A stretch of DNA of 63,901 nt, counting the filler, from Octopus bimaculoides (lineage: Eukaryota), in NCBI RefSeq assembly GCF_001194135.2. It is 5 parts of 5 records of this genome, joined end to end, with 100 filler letters (N's around TTAATTAATTAA, not from the genome) between each part and the next. Parts side by side here need not be neighbours in the genome. Positions count along the whole stretch, not along the records: positions 20,830 to 46,849 come from NC_068981.1; positions 46,950 to 53,216 come from NC_068995.1; 3 more parts are not named here. The stretch is one strand, 5' to 3'. Positions within the stretch are counted from its first letter, which is position 1, and every line of letters starts with the position of its first letter. Under the pieces are notes generated by a model. The model was not told the DNA's origin and did no database searches. It saw only the letters and a program-made list of their open reading frames with translations. The position numbers and the translations under genes were made by a program. Of this stretch, positions 34,876-49,721 are shown in pieces.

Positions 34876-36094
34876 TGCTGCTGTTGTTGTTGTCGTGGCT
34901 GTTGTTTGACACTAATCATTAAAACTTCCTACACGTCAAGCTTTTCTTGTTAAATCGGTATTACATTGGTTTGTATAATAAACACGGTTCTTTATTGGAA
35001 CTTCTTCTCTATAGAATTTACCTCCTGAATGTGTTTTCTCAAAACCTTTGAATAATGTGTAATATACTTCAAATAGCAGGCTCTATTCATACCATTTCAA
35101 CCATTCTTTTTCTGAAGTTATGCTAACACCAAACCGCTGCTCACTGGTTTTACTTTCTTGGAACACGAAAAACTAAGAGTCCAGGTTGTCTTCCGTTAAA
35201 TGTTGAAGCTAGGTAATGTTAATATCAATGTGCACTAGACTGGAATTTGAGTTGGTCTTCACAACAAACTGTTTAAGTCATTCAAAACAACAGATGCGGT
35301 GATGGCGCTGAATGGGTAGTTGTGCAGATCACTTTGAAACGATGCTGTTTTGGTTTCAATCCCACTGCATGTGTACTTTATCATAGCCTTGTGAGTGAAA
35401 ATGTGAAAGAAAGTAACTATATGGAAGTCAGTCGCAGAAGGAGAGAGAAGTCCTGCTTTCAGGTGCTAACGTTAATCTCTCATCCAGATTAACACCGCCA
35501 CTTCTACCATGGATGGTTTAGCGGTCGCCACACTATTGCAAGCATCCTTATTAGGGTTTCAGTCTTAGAATGACATCTTCTCTTTCCTCTACTAGTTTCC
35601 GAAGCCCTGAAAAAGGTTACAGGTGGACGGTTTTCCCTTGGAATGGTGGATCTCCGTTGTTCTACGATAAAGATTCAATTAATCAATAAATCGAATTACC
35701 TGCTATTTGAAGTTGGTCTGTTAGTGGCCAAGTATTCCACAACCACTCGTACCCTCAGCGCAATTTTCGGGCATAATCATCACTTTTTTAATTACTGGTA
35801 CAATTAATTCGGTGAGTTTGATTGCAGTTTCCATCTACTTAATTTCACTTACAACGTATATTAGTTAACTTAAAGCTACAGAAAACATTTGTTCAACAGA
35901 ACACCTTACACTGGGACCAAAATTCAGAGCAACGTGGTTGTGAAGTGGACTTTTTAACCATTCGGCCATACTAGCTCCACCCTCATCTGAGTGATAGCGA
36001 TGGGGATGGTTCTCCGTCGTTCGATTATGACAATTCAGTTGCTTGATCAAACCGAAAGCTATGATTACAACGCAATAATATTCTTTTCTTTACT

Positions 36095-36300
36095 ACTCTA
36101 GGCAGAAGGCCCGAAATTTTGGGGGAGGGAGCCAGTCGATTAGATCGACCCCAGTACGCAACTGGTATTTAATTTATCAACCCCGAAAGGATGAAAAGCA
36201 AAGTCGACCTCGGCGGAATTTGAACTCAGAACGTAAAGACAGACGAAATACCGCTAAGCATTTCGCTCGGTGTGCTAACGCTTCTGCCAGCTCGCTGCCT
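36095..36300 (-). mobile_element. SINE family S1
   Basis: Near-consensus copy; an S2 fragment lies at ~36470-36670. Confidence 0.88.
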
Positions 36301-36816
36301 TACAACGCAGTAATATTGTGTTTGTAATTGTCTTGACAGCTGACGACGCAAGGAGTGTTAGACCCAAAAACGACAGCTCTGTAACAATATCTGTCAGTGT
36401 AAACAATGTTTTAATGGACAACCGGGGAACATCGAAAATTACTTTAAATCTTTTCAAAATATTTTTCTCTTTTACATTCTTTTACTTGGCTCAGTCATTG
36501 CACTTCGGGACCATGCTGGGGCACCACTTTGGAGGATTTTTAGTCGAATACATCGACCCTAGGACTTATTTTTTAAGTCGAGCACTTATTCTATCAATCA
36601 CTTTTACCAGACTGCTAAGTTACAGAGACGCAAGCAAACCAACACGAGGTGTCAAGTGGTGGGGTGGGAGCAATCAGTCAAAGAGAGAGAGAGAGACACA
36701 CACACACACAATTTAAATAAGGAAATAAAGAAAGAGTTTAAGATATCGTTAATGATTAGTTACAATTGTTTAGTACCATCTCTGTTTTTCACACCATTGC
36801 TGCAAAAGTTCCTTGT

Positions 36817-36878
<62 letters not shown>

Positions 36879-36882
36879 TACA

Positions 36883-36914
<32 letters not shown>

Positions 36915-36964
36915 CACATGTATATACACATGTATATATATATGTGTGTGTGTGTATGTACATA

Positions 36965-37012
<48 letters not shown>

Positions 37013-37512
37013 NNNNNNNNNNTTTATTATATGTATTTATTTTCTCCTAATTAATAAATAACTCGGACAAAATAAATTGGTTAATAGATACCAGGGTAGC
37101 AAAGATCACAAAATAACTGTGGTGTAACTCCTGTTTATGGGGTAGAAACTCCTTGATATTTTGGGTACTTGAGTATATATTAATTTAACGAATGGAGTAA
37201 AACGCATATTTCAACTGCATACTTTTATTTCCGACATATGTTTCGAAGAATTACAATTTATGCGATCCATAGGAATCGGAGATGTTAAAAATGTAAACTT
37301 CTCTTCAGGGAAATGTATGGGAACCAGCTTAAATGTAAGACATTATAACCGAATATGAGAACTATAGTTGGAGAAGGTTATAACGTAATTTATTTGAAAA
37401 GACCGTTGGAGATTAGGACGCTACCAGATAGTACGTTGGACAAGAAGGGAAGAAAAGAAGAAAAGAAAAAAGAAAAAAAGAAAGAAAATTCAGAGTGTAG
37501 AGTCGGGAGAAA

Positions 37513-37566
<54 letters not shown>

Positions 37567-37589
37567 TTATGTATGTCGCTTCTATTTCT

Positions 37590-38580
37590 TTAATTATTAT
37601 AAATCTTCCACTGAGTAGGGAGCTGGTTTTCAACAAAGATACAAAGCTTCATCTTTAGGATGTAGTTCATATAGACAAATTTACATTTGAAACTTGAGAA
37701 AAGTCTTGCATATTTTTACTGTTCCACTCACAGACTACACTTGTAATGTATGAAGCAGCCGGTCAGTTTCTCTTTCTGAAAATCCTAGTTTTTCCACATT
37801 CTCTTTTAAGCATTTACTAACAAAACCTAGCGCTCCAATTATTATTGGTATGAATATGAATTCATTGTCTGGATAGAGAAGCTGAAGGTTTCGAAGCAGT
37901 TGTCCATAGATATCCTCTTTTTCTTTGATTTTCAAAGAAATATTTTTATATGCAGGGCAGCTGACCTCTATGATGGTACATACCTTTGCCCCTCTGTCCC
38001 AAACAACAATATCCGGCCTGTTATGTTTACGTTTGATGGGAATATTTCGCCAATATTCCTTGAGTTGGTGTTTATGAATGTATTCCATAACAGAGGGATT
38101 TTGTAAGTTTATTTCAGGACAGTCTTTTTTGCGGATGGTATTGTAAATTGTTTTAGCAACAACATCGTGCCGCATAGGGAGGTAGTATCTTGACGAAATT
38201 TTAGGACAGCTGCTAATCACATGCGTAATGTCTTCGGCGGAAACATGACATAGCCTACTCATGCGGTTGCACCTTGGGATTACAAGAGTGACACTGTCTC
38301 ACCTGTTCCCCAGGTACTTTGTGGTAATCTCCTGTTCCTGCTAACGTATAGCCTTCAAAGTGTGATGTGATGTAGTGGTCTTGTGTCCAAGAGAAGCTGC
38401 GCTTCGTGTCAACTCTACTGTCTTCAAGTTTCAAGGCAGCATACCCATGCATGGTCGTTTTTTTTTGTTTTTTTTTGTATGTTGAGTGCTTTCCATCCAG
38501 GTCTTCTCTGAAGTAAGAGAGCCCAGCTGTTTTGGGGCTGAATAGATTATCAGGAAGAGAGTGTTTCTTGAGGAGTTCAC
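37590..38580 (-). mobile_element. R4/Dong-like LINE (second family) 3' fragment with CCHC and REL domain
   Basis: SRLCHVSAEDITHVISSC...RHDVVAK...HNRPDIVVWD..KVCTIIEVSCP...KIKEKEDIY..L...IPIIIGALG; related fragments at 43795-43965 (+) and ~54420-54480 (+). Confidence 0.85.
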
Positions 38581-39321
38581 TGCCAACTCGTACAATGTTG
38601 TATGTATGTATGTATGCATACCGCTAAGCATTTCGCCCGGCGTGCTAACGGTTCTGCAAGCTCGCCGCCATAAAAATTTCACGCGTTTCGTTTGTTTCAA
38701 TGGTGTTCGAACACTCAAATGAATATACAGGCATGGTAAGGGGTAAATTCTAGTAGCTGTCCCTGGCAAATTTGACGGCGGAGATTTGGGCACCCTTAAC
38801 GCTAAATTCGAAATCATGATATNNNNNNNNNNNNNNNNNNNNNNNNNNNNNNNNNNNNNNNNNNNNNNNNNNNNNNNNNNNNNNNNNNNNNNNNNNNNNN
38901 NNNNNNNNNNNNNNNNNNNNNNNNNNNNNNNNNNNNNNNNNNNNNNNNNNNNNNNNNNNNNNNNNNNNNNNNNNNNNNNNNNNNNNNNNNNNNNNNNNNN
39001 NNNNNNNNNNNNNNNNNNNNNNNNNNNNNNNNNNNNNNNNNNNNNNNNNNNNNNNNNNNNNNNNNNNNNNNNNNNNNNNNNNNNNNNNNNNNNNNNNNNN
39101 NNNNNNNNNNNNNNNNNNNNNNNNNNNNNNNNNNNNNNNNNNNNNNNNNNNNNNNNNNNNNNNNNNNNNNNNNNNNNNNNNNNNNNNNNNNNNNNNNNNN
39201 NNNNNNTATATGGAGCGATAAGTTAGTAATTGACGTCACTAACATTCACGAAGAGGAAAAACGCTTGAAAATTCAAATATAATCATAAACTTATTTCATT
39301 TCTGACAAGAAACATCTAACC

Positions 39322-39558
39322 AAAGCGGCGAGAGGGCAGAAACGTTAGCACGCCGGGCGAAATGCTTAGCGGTGTTTCGTCTGCCGCTGCGTTCTGAGCT
39401 CAAATTCCTCCGAGGTCGACTTTGCCTTTCATCCTTTCGGGGTAGATTAAATGAGTACCAGTTACGCACTGGGGTCGATATAATCGACTTAATCCGTTTG
39501 TCTGTCCTTTTTTGTCCCCTCTGTGTGTGTAGCCCCTTGTGGGCAGTAAAGAAATAAG
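39322..39558 (+). mobile_element. SINE S1 variant with an alternative 3' tail and target-site duplication
   Basis: Head and core as S1, but tail 'tgtctgtccttttttgtcccctctgtgtgtgtagccccttgtgggcagtaaagaaataa'; flanked by aagaaacatctaa / aagacacatctaa. Confidence 0.85.
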
Positions 39559-40104
39559 ACACATCTAAGCAGGGACAGTTCCTTTGTAACCCTGAAGCAG
39601 AGACTTGTATGTCCCGAAATATTGGATACACATAAGACCAAAGATTACCAGGTAACTTACTTTTAGTTTTCGTTACCTCATCTTAAAATCTATTTGCATT
39701 GTTTAGCCTTTTACATCTTTCAACAATATATATATATATATATATATATGCGAATGAAAGCGGGCGAGTGAAAATATATTTAAAAGAGGCTCCACATTAA
39801 TTTCGAATTTGCTAATTTCAAGATTAAAATCTTAAATAGATTTTTTCCCATCGTCAGCGCAATCAATACATGTAAAAATATACAAACAAGTATTAGTACG
39901 TACACATAACAAAGCGAGTTTGCACATCTATGCACAAACTCTTGCAAGTATAGATTCTAAAAAAAGTCAAGTTTAAATCTTCTCACGACGGCCGCATGTA
40001 TTCATATCAAAATAGGACCGCTTTGTGACAGGTTGTACTACCGGTGGCTCGCCCGTAAACAAAATGTGGAATTGTCATGGAGAAAACATATTAGACTATA
40101 TTGT

Positions 40105-40530
40105 TTTCTACTCTAGGCACAAGGCCCGAAATTTTAATGGGAGGGGCCAGTCAATTAGATCGATCCCAGTACGCAACTGGTGCTTAATTTATCGACCTCA
40201 AAAGGATGAATGGTAAAGTCGACCTCGGCGAAATTTGAACTCAGAACGTAACGGCATACAAAATACCGCTAAGTATTTCGCCCGGCGTGCTAACGTTTCT
40301 TATTTCTTTATTGCCCACAAGGGGCTGAACACAGAGGGGACAAACAAGGACAGACAAAGGGATTAAGTCGATTACATCGACCCCAGTGCGTAATTGGTAT
40401 TTAATTTATCGACCCCGAAAGGATGAAAGGCAAAGTCGACCTCGGCGGAATTTGAACTCTGAACGTACCGGCAGACGAAATACCACTAAGCATTTCTTCC
40501 GGCGTGCTAACGTTTCTGCCAGCTCACCGA
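40105..40530 (-). mobile_element. Two adjacent S1 SINEs (one of each tail type)
   Basis: Core repeated at ~40190-40290 and ~40410-40520. Confidence 0.85.
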
Positions 40531-40904
40531 CTTTATATTGGACTATATTAAAGAATGCGTTAATGGTGTTGCTGCCAGTTCCAAATATTTGCACAAAAGG
40601 AACAAATAATCCTGTTTTTCGTATGCTATTTGCTGTAGCTGGAAGCCATTTTGCTTTTAGCTTATTGACGTAATCATGAAACCACTTAACCACTGAGGGT
40701 TTATAAAAAGAGCAAGGATGATAGACAGAACTATAGAACGCAATAGAGGGTAGAATTATATGAAGGCGCATAAACAGTAAATTAACATAAACCAGGGAAA
40801 TTAGTCAAACAAGAAATAATTCACCGAAAGGAGGCTTCTGAGGGTTGCTCGTGGAAACCCCACATTATTATTTTATTACCAATACATCTAAAACATCAAT
40901 GATG

Positions 40905-40967
<63 letters not shown>

Positions 40968-40969
40968 GC

Positions 40970-41000
<31 letters not shown>

Positions 41001-41002
41001 GC

Positions 41003-41033
<31 letters not shown>

Positions 41034-41511
41034 NNNNNNNNNNNNNNNNNNNNNNNNNNNNNNNNNNNNNNNNNNNNNNNNNNNNNNNNNNNNNNNNNNN
41101 NNNNNNNNNNNNNNNNNNNNNNNNNNNNNNNNNNNNNNNNNNNNNNNNNNNNNNNNNNNNNNNNNNNNNNNNNNNNNNNNNNNNNNNNNNNNNNNNNNNN
41201 NNNNNNNNNNNNNNNNNNNNNNNNNNNNNNNNNNNNNNNNNNNNNNNNNNNNNNNNNNNNNNNNNNNNNNNNNNNNNNNNNNNNNNNNNNNNNNNNNNNN
41301 NNNNNNNNNNNNNNNNNNNNNNNNNNNNNNNNNNNNNNNNNNNNNNNNNNACAACATCCATTCATGAATTTTTTTTTTTTAAATACATATTTTATCTGTG
41401 AATTTGCGTGTGTGAACTGGGAATGCATACAACGAGTTTCTCTGCCCTAGGTGTACGGAAAACACTCGGCGAGAACTGGAAGAAAATTTGAAGAAAGAAG
41501 AAAAGAACAAC

Positions 41512-41570
<59 letters not shown>

Positions 41571-41752
41571 TGGATCCCACCTGCAAAGTAATGCGCTGTT
41601 TATCTTGATATGAGATCACCCTTTTGCACACATATGGTTGTGATGCATGTGCCTGATGTGCCCTTATCAGACGGGTAGTCGTGATGGGTATAATGGGCTT
41701 CGTGTATTTTACCCCAGTGTCACTTTGATAGCATGCACTGCTCTCTCACTCA

Positions 41753-41810
<58 letters not shown>

Positions 41811-41907
41811 TAATAATAATATAAGCACAAAGCCTGATATTTTATGGAAGGGGGTTAGCCCATTACCTCGACCCCAGTACATGACTGGTAATTATTTTAT
41901 CCAAAAA

Positions 41908-42525
41908 TCATATTGTCTCTGGCTGCCCAGTCCTGGCTAAGAAGGAATATATTCACAGACACGACAGAGTTGGGACCTACATACACTGGAAGCTATACCA
42001 ACACTATGGAATGACAACAGAAAAAAAGATGGTATTGGCACACCCCAGAAAAGGTCACAGAAAACGAGAAAGCAACTATACTCTGGGATATGCCAGCACA
42101 CACAGATAAAGAAATCAAGGCTAATAGGCCGGATATAGTTGTCAGAGATCACCAAGAAAAAATGCTTTCTAATCGATGTATCAATACCAACAGATAGCAA
42201 CGTCCATCTGAGAGAAAGGAAGACACTTTAGAAATACAGAGATCTGGAAATAAAAGTAGCTCGAATGTGGAATCTAAAAACAGAAACGGTTCCTATTATA
42301 GTAGACGCATTAAGTATGATAAATAAAACACATTCAGTCAAATTCCAGGACTTACAAGTATATATAACATGAAGAAAATAACACCACTAGGCACCGCACA
42401 CATCCTATGTAAAACACTTTCAATACAGTGAAAATAAGAGCACCACCACAAACCACAGCACATACCCAAGGCACACAGTGATGCGCTCGGCAGTGCAGTG
42501 AAAGCACGTGATAAAAAAAGACTAC
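41908..42525 (+). mobile_element. R4/Dong-like LINE 3' fragment (same family as 27141-27526)
   Basis: HIVSGCPVLAKKEYIHRHDRVG...IKANRPDIVVRD...IDVSIP; followed by (GAA)n. Confidence 0.85.
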
Positions 42526-43444
42526 TGGAGAAGAAGAAGAAGAAGAAGAAGAAGAAGAAGGAGAAGGAGAAGAAGAACGGTGCTAAGCTCAACTGTATGA
42601 GAGGCATGCAGGAAACAAGACACTTCATGATCTCTGACAAAACTGATTAAGTTGAAGGCTTATTAAGTGCTATTGTTGTTAATTTACTTATGTTTCGTTG
42701 TTGGTAGAATATTTCGATTGCATGCAAGCAAAGGAGATTTTCAAGCCGATCAAAGTACATAACATTTGTAATCCAACTAAATAAAGAAGATTTGTCCGGA
42801 GTTTGTTTAATTATAAGTGTGTTTAATTATAAGAAAAATTACACAACGAAGGCTGGAACACGACGAGAAAGACCAGAAGGTTTATTTGGAAGTAATCGAT
42901 ACGTATTCATTAAGCTAAAACAAAATCTTAAAGACAAAAAAGTATAATAATAAAATAATAGAGAGAGAATGAATATGCTTTGTGATTTCAACTGAATGAA
43001 CAAACAGTTGTTACCATAGAGACTAATTGGACGATAGAAGAAAAAAAAAGCAACAAAGAAATAATAAAAATAATATTATAATTGTAGCAGAGAAGTGGTG
43101 ACTAAGCAACGAAAATGAGAGATAGATGCATTAGCTTACCTGGAAAATCATTGAATCAGAGATTTAGAACAATAATGGCAACAACAACAACAACAACAAC
43201 AACAACAAGAGATATAATAATAACATTACAACGACAATGGCGACAACAATAACATCATCAATAACATAATTGTGTTGTTGAATGTAATTAAAAGGCGTCT
43301 GTGTGCGTATGTATGTGTGTGTATGTGTATGTGTGTAGATGTGTATGTGTGTAATATGTACATGTGCGTATGTATGTGTGTATGTGTATGCGTAGGTGTG
43401 TATCGCCCTTGTAATCATATATTCTGGACCAATATAATGACGGT

Positions 43445-43625
43445 CTCAAATTTTGGCACAGGGCCAAATGTTTTCTGCAGAGAGAGAGAGAAGTCGATTG
43501 CGTCGAGCCCCGTGCATGACTGGTACGGAGGTCGATCCCATCGAAAGGATAAAAAGTAAACTCGACGTCGGCGGAATTTAAACTCAGAACGTTGCGACAG
43601 ACGAAATGCTACTAAGCATTTTGTC
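43445..43625 (-). mobile_element. SINE family S1 (diverged)
   Basis: S1 core. Confidence 0.7.
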
Positions 43626-43652
43626 AATAATGCAAATTAAACTAATCTGAAT

Positions 43653-43723
<71 letters not shown>

Positions 43724-43994
43724 CACGCACACACATACACACACATACACACACTCACATACACACACACATACATACATACATATATACATACATACTT
43801 GTAATTATTGGGGCCCTGGGGCACGTAACACACTGCCTGAGTACAAATCTTGAGAAATTGGGTTTCTCAAAACCAGAAAGAAGAAAGCTAATTCGAAGAC
43901 TACAGATCCAATCCATCACTGGAACTGTAAAGATCAGTAAAACTTTCCAGAAGTTTATCATTTAAGTATATATAAGCATGTCTAGATATGCAAG

Positions 43995-44270
43995 TGTGGA
44001 GGCACAATGGCCCAGTGGTAAGGGCAGCGGACTCGCGGTCAGAGGATCGCGGTTTCGATTCCCAGACCGGGCGTTGTGTGTGCTTATTGAGCAAATACAC
44101 CTAAAGCTCCACGAGGCTCCGGCAGGAGGTGGTGGTGACCCCTGTTGTACTCTTTCGCCCCAATTTTCTCTTACTCTTTCTTCCTGTTTCTTGAGTAACG
44201 TCCAGCTGGGGGGGGGGATACGCCATAGAAACCGGGAAACTGGGCCCATGAGCCTGGCAAGGCTTTAAAA
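43995..44270 (+). mobile_element. SINE S3 head with a different 3' end
   Basis: Head as 25731; diverges after 'ttcctgtttc' into 'cttgagtaacg...ccgggaaactgggcccatgagcctggc'. Confidence 0.8.
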
Positions 44271-45149
44271 GGACGCATAAATAAGAAAAAAGATATGCAA
44301 GTATATGCATGAGAATATATACATAAAACAAAACATGCAAATCTACGTATATACATACATACGTGCATACACACACAAACACGCACATACATACATACAT
44401 ACATACATACATACATACATACAAAAATACCCTGTTGTGGCTGTTGAAATTTCAATGAAAGAGCCTTGAATCTAGGTTAGAAACCGGTTCTTTCTTTATT
44501 GGCAAGAAATCTTGAAATGAAATCTAACAATGACATATATACATGCATACATGTGTGTATGTATGAGTGTGTGAGTTCCTTCTATACCTATGCATGCATG
44601 TGCGAACATATGTGTGTGTATGTCTTTTTTTTTTCCATACCTGCCAGGTCTGACGAGCACGTGGTGTTACATAACGGGGTTGTTATCTAACATCGGATTT
44701 AATATTCAGTGCAAAACCAGGTCGTAGAGGATATAGAATACAGTACATTTTGATCAATTTTTCTCCCACTCCTGACAAATATACGGGTGCATATGTTAAA
44801 ACACTCACGTTAAGTTGGATATCATGAATACCTTTTGATATAAAATGGGTTCTGACGCTAATAATTAGCACACACACACACATACAGACGCACATATCTT
44901 TTATATTTTATTGATTTGAGCTACAGGCTGAGGCCATGCTAGAGTACCGCTTTTGATATTCTTGTCTGTACAGTTCCTGGGGAGATAGCGAGTTGGTCGG
45001 AGCTGTTCTCCTTTGTACTCGGTAACACGATGTAGGTTCACCTGCTATTACAGGCAAAGATTTTTCCAGAGGCTCTTTGACGACCTCCACATCTACACCA
45101 CGCAAGTCTCTTAGGTTGTTTGGCAGAATTTTGAGCAGTTGGGGACCCT

Positions 45150-45245
45150 ACACACACACATACACACACACACACAAATACACACACACACACATAGATG
45201 TATATGTGTGCATGTGTTACTCATATATGTGTGTATATATATGTA

Positions 45246-45330
<85 letters not shown>

Positions 45331-45405
45331 ATACATACATGTATATATATACATATATATATATATGTATAAATATGTATATATGAATAAATACATGTGT
45401 GATGT

Positions 45406-45450
<45 letters not shown>

Positions 45451-45600
45451 TATATGTACATATATATGTGTATATATATATATGTGTGTGTGTGTATACA
45501 TGTGCATGTATATATGCACACACGTGTATAAATACATAGAAACAGACACACACATACGCACACACATAAAGAGAAACACGCGCGCGCACACAGAGAATAG
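45150..45600. repeat. Compound (CA)/(TA)/(TG) microsatellite, representative of dozens in the window
   Basis: Direct reading. Others: (AAT)n 40905-41032 and 55390-55480, (TAG)n 34808-34875, (ATCT)n 27910-28040 and 49650-49735, (GATA)n 57367-57455, (ATC)n 61345-61465. Confidence 0.95.
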
Positions 45601-46127
45601 TGAATGTGAGTGATGCGTGTATGTGAAAGGCATTTGTTGTTTTTTTCTTTTTCGTATTTACATGCAATCATTTATTTCCAACTCTTCGTTTTGTACCAAT
45701 ATAACTTAATCTGTAAACACCTTTAATGAAAGCGAAGTACATACCAATTTATTCATTTACGATCCCCCAGGGGACATCGGCATTAGTACTTGCTTAGCCA
45801 GGAGTCTTCTTGAAAATGTAATGAATTGAGGAAAGAAAGAAACTGTCGAACTATAAAGAAATAAGGACATAAATCGCGAATACAAAGTTGATTACGGAAG
45901 ACTAAGAAGATTTCCTTCAAGGAATTTTCATTTTAGTCCTGCATTTTCTGTGTAGACTGAATTATTTCCTGTAGCTTTTCGCATCGTTTACGCTGCTGTT
46001 GTTGATGTTGCTGTTACTGCCGCAAGTATTATAATAGGTCATTGGGAAAGGTGTTAACTCAACAAAGGAGTCACCATCATTATTATTATTATTATTATTA
46101 TCATTATTATTGTCGTTGTTGTTATTG

Positions 46128-46580
46128 AGGCGGCGAGCTGGCAGAGTCGTTAGCACGCCGGGCGAAATGCTTAGCGGTATTTCGCCCGTCATTACGTTCT
46201 GAGTTCAAGTTCCGCCGAGGTCGACTTTGCCTTTCATCCTTCCGGGATCGATTAAATAAGTACCAATTACGCACTGGGATAAATGTGATCAACTTAATCC
46301 ATTCCCCCAAATTTGAGGCCTTGTGCTTCCAATAGAACGTATTATTATCATTATTGTTGTTGTTTTTTTAAAGCGGCGAGCTGGCAGGATCGTTAGCACG
46401 CCGGGCAAAATGCTTAGCGACATTTCATCTGTCTTTGTGTTCTGAGTTCAAATTCCGCTGAGGTCGACGTTACCTTTCATGCTTTCGGGGGTCGATAAAT
46501 TAAGTACCAGTCAAGCATTGGGATCACTGTAAACGACATACTCCTCCCCCAAAATTTCGGGCGTTGTGCTTATATTAGAA
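46128..46580 (+). mobile_element. Two tandem S1 SINEs
   Basis: ggcggcgagctggcag..cgttagcacgccgggc heads at ~46128 and ~46372. Confidence 0.88.
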
Positions 46581-46585
46581 AGGAT

Positions 46586-46849
46586 TACTATTATTATTAT
46601 TATTTTATGTTTGACTTTTGCTTTGCATTTGTACAAGTTGGATCCAAGTCTCATCCAGAGACCCCAAGAGACAACAAGTTAGAAGTTCATGTAGGTGTTA
46701 TGCCTAGGGTACCATATATTTGGATTTGTACATAGTGTTGTTCTAGAGAATGTTTAAGAAACCATAAGAAAATTATGTGTTTGTTTTAAAATTTGAGATC
46801 TCATAGACAGTATTTTACGTAGGATATGGGCAGTTCCCATGAGCACTAT
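46586..46849 (-). mobile_element. R4/Dong-like LINE extreme 3' end with (TAA)n tail
   Basis: The - strand reads IVLMGTAHILRKILSM, then UTR and aataataat. Confidence 0.65.
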
Positions 46850-49651
46850 NNNNNNNNNNNNNNNNNNNNNNNNNNNNNNNNNNNNNNNNNNNNTTAATTA
46901 ATTAANNNNNNNNNNNNNNNNNNNNNNNNNNNNNNNNNNNNNNNNNNNNCATGTGTTCATTTTGTTGCTTCAATAGAAAAGAGGTTTTTTCAAACTGAAA
47001 TACACGTAAGCAGAGAGAGGGAGAGAAGGAGAAGACACATGAAGATAAGCGGAATTAGCATTCTTTTGGAAAAATAAGAGCCGGAATAAAGAATGTCAGT
47101 AATTTTGAAAAGAGGAAATAAAAGTAGCAAAGTAAAATTATTAGCATAAGTAAAAATTAACTAAAATGTATATAAAATATAAACATAAATAAATGTTGAA
47201 TTAAAGAAGGAGAAATAGGAGAGAAAAGGAAAATAAAATGATCGAATCTGGAATGTTCCTTGATGATTTCCAAACAAGGATTTTTCTTTTCAAGATGGTT
47301 TTGCAGGAATACGTATTCGTTACCAATACTATCAATTGATTTGCAAGGATTAAACCGAGGAATAAAATATGTGGGGCATATAAATAGCTTTATTCTGCTA
47401 ATAGAATGCTGTTCCCAGAATCTGCTGCTACAAAAACCATCAAATGAGAATATGAGAGAAATGAAAAAAAAAAAGAAAATATAACAAAACAACACATTAA
47501 ACAAAACACACACAAACAAAAAAAAAAGAAAAAATGCGGCAAACGAATTTGTAATAAATAGTGAAACCTTTTAAGAGAAGGAGGTTTTCTTATTAAAGTT
47601 AAAAAGAAAATGGTGAGCCCTGAGTAAGTTCCTTAAACTACTTCGTCGAAGTAAATGATGAAACGAAAAAACGGTGTTTTTTCTTCGTTGATCGAAAGTG
47701 TGTCTTATAATTTCTTTTTTTCTGTCATACATATCATATCACCGTCGATAAGAAATTCACGTAACAGGTGGTTCCTATTTCGATCCTACGATGCAGCACT
47801 TTGGCTAATTGTCTTGTATTATATATTTGGCTTGACCAATATCATTGGAATGGAATTTGGAAAACTGTTTGGAAGCCCTTTCTAGATACACATCCATGCA
47901 TTTCTTTCTTTTGAGTTCTCAACTACTTGATGCAGTCTTAAGAGGCCCGGTGGTTATATACAACATACAATGAGCATTAAGCATTTTCGACCTAGCGCGG
48001 TCTAATTCTTTCTAGCTCTGATCACAGTCAAATTCTTCCAGAAGAAAGAGAAGCAAATATGAAAGAGAAACTGAGTAGTCAACCCCCGGGGTATGTATGT
48101 ATGTATGTATGTATGTGTGTATGTTTATGTGTGTGTATGTATGTATGTATGTATTTGTGTATGTATGTATGTATGTGTGTATGTATGTAGCTACGTATGT
48201 GTGTATGTATGTATGTATGTATGTATGTGTGTGTATGTGTGTGTATGTATCTATGTATGTGTGTATGTGTTTGTGAGTATGTGCATGTATGCTTGTATGT
48301 ATGTGTGTGTGTATGTATGTATTGCCCAATTATGACCTCAGCTTTGAAGCTGAAACAATTTATAGATTTAAAGATTTATAGGATAACGATACGCGTTTCC
48401 AATAGGTTCTTGCTGTGGAAACACTCACCTAGACAACATTTTAAAACACGGCTTGCGTCTCCAAGCAATCTACGGGCTCTGAGCATAAGCACATATACAT
48501 ATGTGTTTGCATGTGACGTTCTTTACACTAAGATACCAAGCCAACTGAAGAATATTAATACCCCTGCTTTGCTTACTGGAAACGTATAGTATCAGTGAGG
48601 GCATTTCAATAGAAACTAACGAATTTATAGAAATTTCTTATCTACTTGCCCTGCCTGTAATGGAGCATTTATTTTCTCAGTCGTTAACATTAACGTGTAT
48701 CAGGATATGTGTGTGATCTATCTGTCAGCATACAGCCTTTATCAATGGACATCGATGAGGTAACTGCCAACCGACGTCCATTGAGCGGAGCCCTATGTTA
48801 CATATATTCTTCTGTAGCTTGTTATCCAAACTGCCTGTCAAGCTGACTAGTCTTTAGGAATACAAAGGACGAACAATTGGCTCGATGGAAACCTGAGACC
48901 AAACGAGTTATTATCCACAAATACCGGGGCAAATTAAATCTAAAAATAGATATTTACGCAAGGGATATTTCTTCAAAAAAATTCTTCACATTCTTCCGTT
49001 ACATTTAAGCTCCTTCATAAGTTTATTAGTTATTTTGCTCTATGTTATGCAATGTCCTTGGAGAGTTTATTCCAAATAAGTTTTTAAAAGTTTAACGATG
49101 AAAATGTCAATATTTTCTATCGATATAAGATTTCTTATTGGCCTGCTATTTCGGTAAAAGTATAATTAAAGAATAAGAGATGGATATGCGTGTATACATT
49201 CTAATAAAAGTCGTTATGTATGTCTGTATGTATATATGTGTGTGTGTATGTGCGTATGTTTACTTCTGTTATGATCATGTGACTAAATACATAGAATAGT
49301 GTATATGTAAAGATGAATAAACGACTTGGAAACTAAAGAATACAATTATCGAAAAACTATAAGAACTTCATTAAATTTATCGCCGTTTAAATTGCTGCAT
49401 GACACCCTCTCCCCACTCACCCATTTCTTACTCATACACACGCACATACACACATAAATACAAACACACACATACATACATACACACTCAGACTCCCGTA
49501 CACCTCTATAGACTTATGTATGTATATATATGTATCTATCCATCTCCATCTATATATATAGGTATACATTTGTGTATGTATAAAATGTCTGTCTGTATAT
49601 CCATCCATCCGTTCGTCCGTCTGTCTGTCCGTCCGCCCGTCCGTCTGTTTG

Positions 49652-49721
<70 letters not shown>

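Noticed and set aside
44641-44686. Minus-strand AG/GT-bounded 46 nt (ITTPLCNTTCSSDLA)
   Set aside because: Good donor but poor acceptor, no paralog or partner exon; expected by chance.
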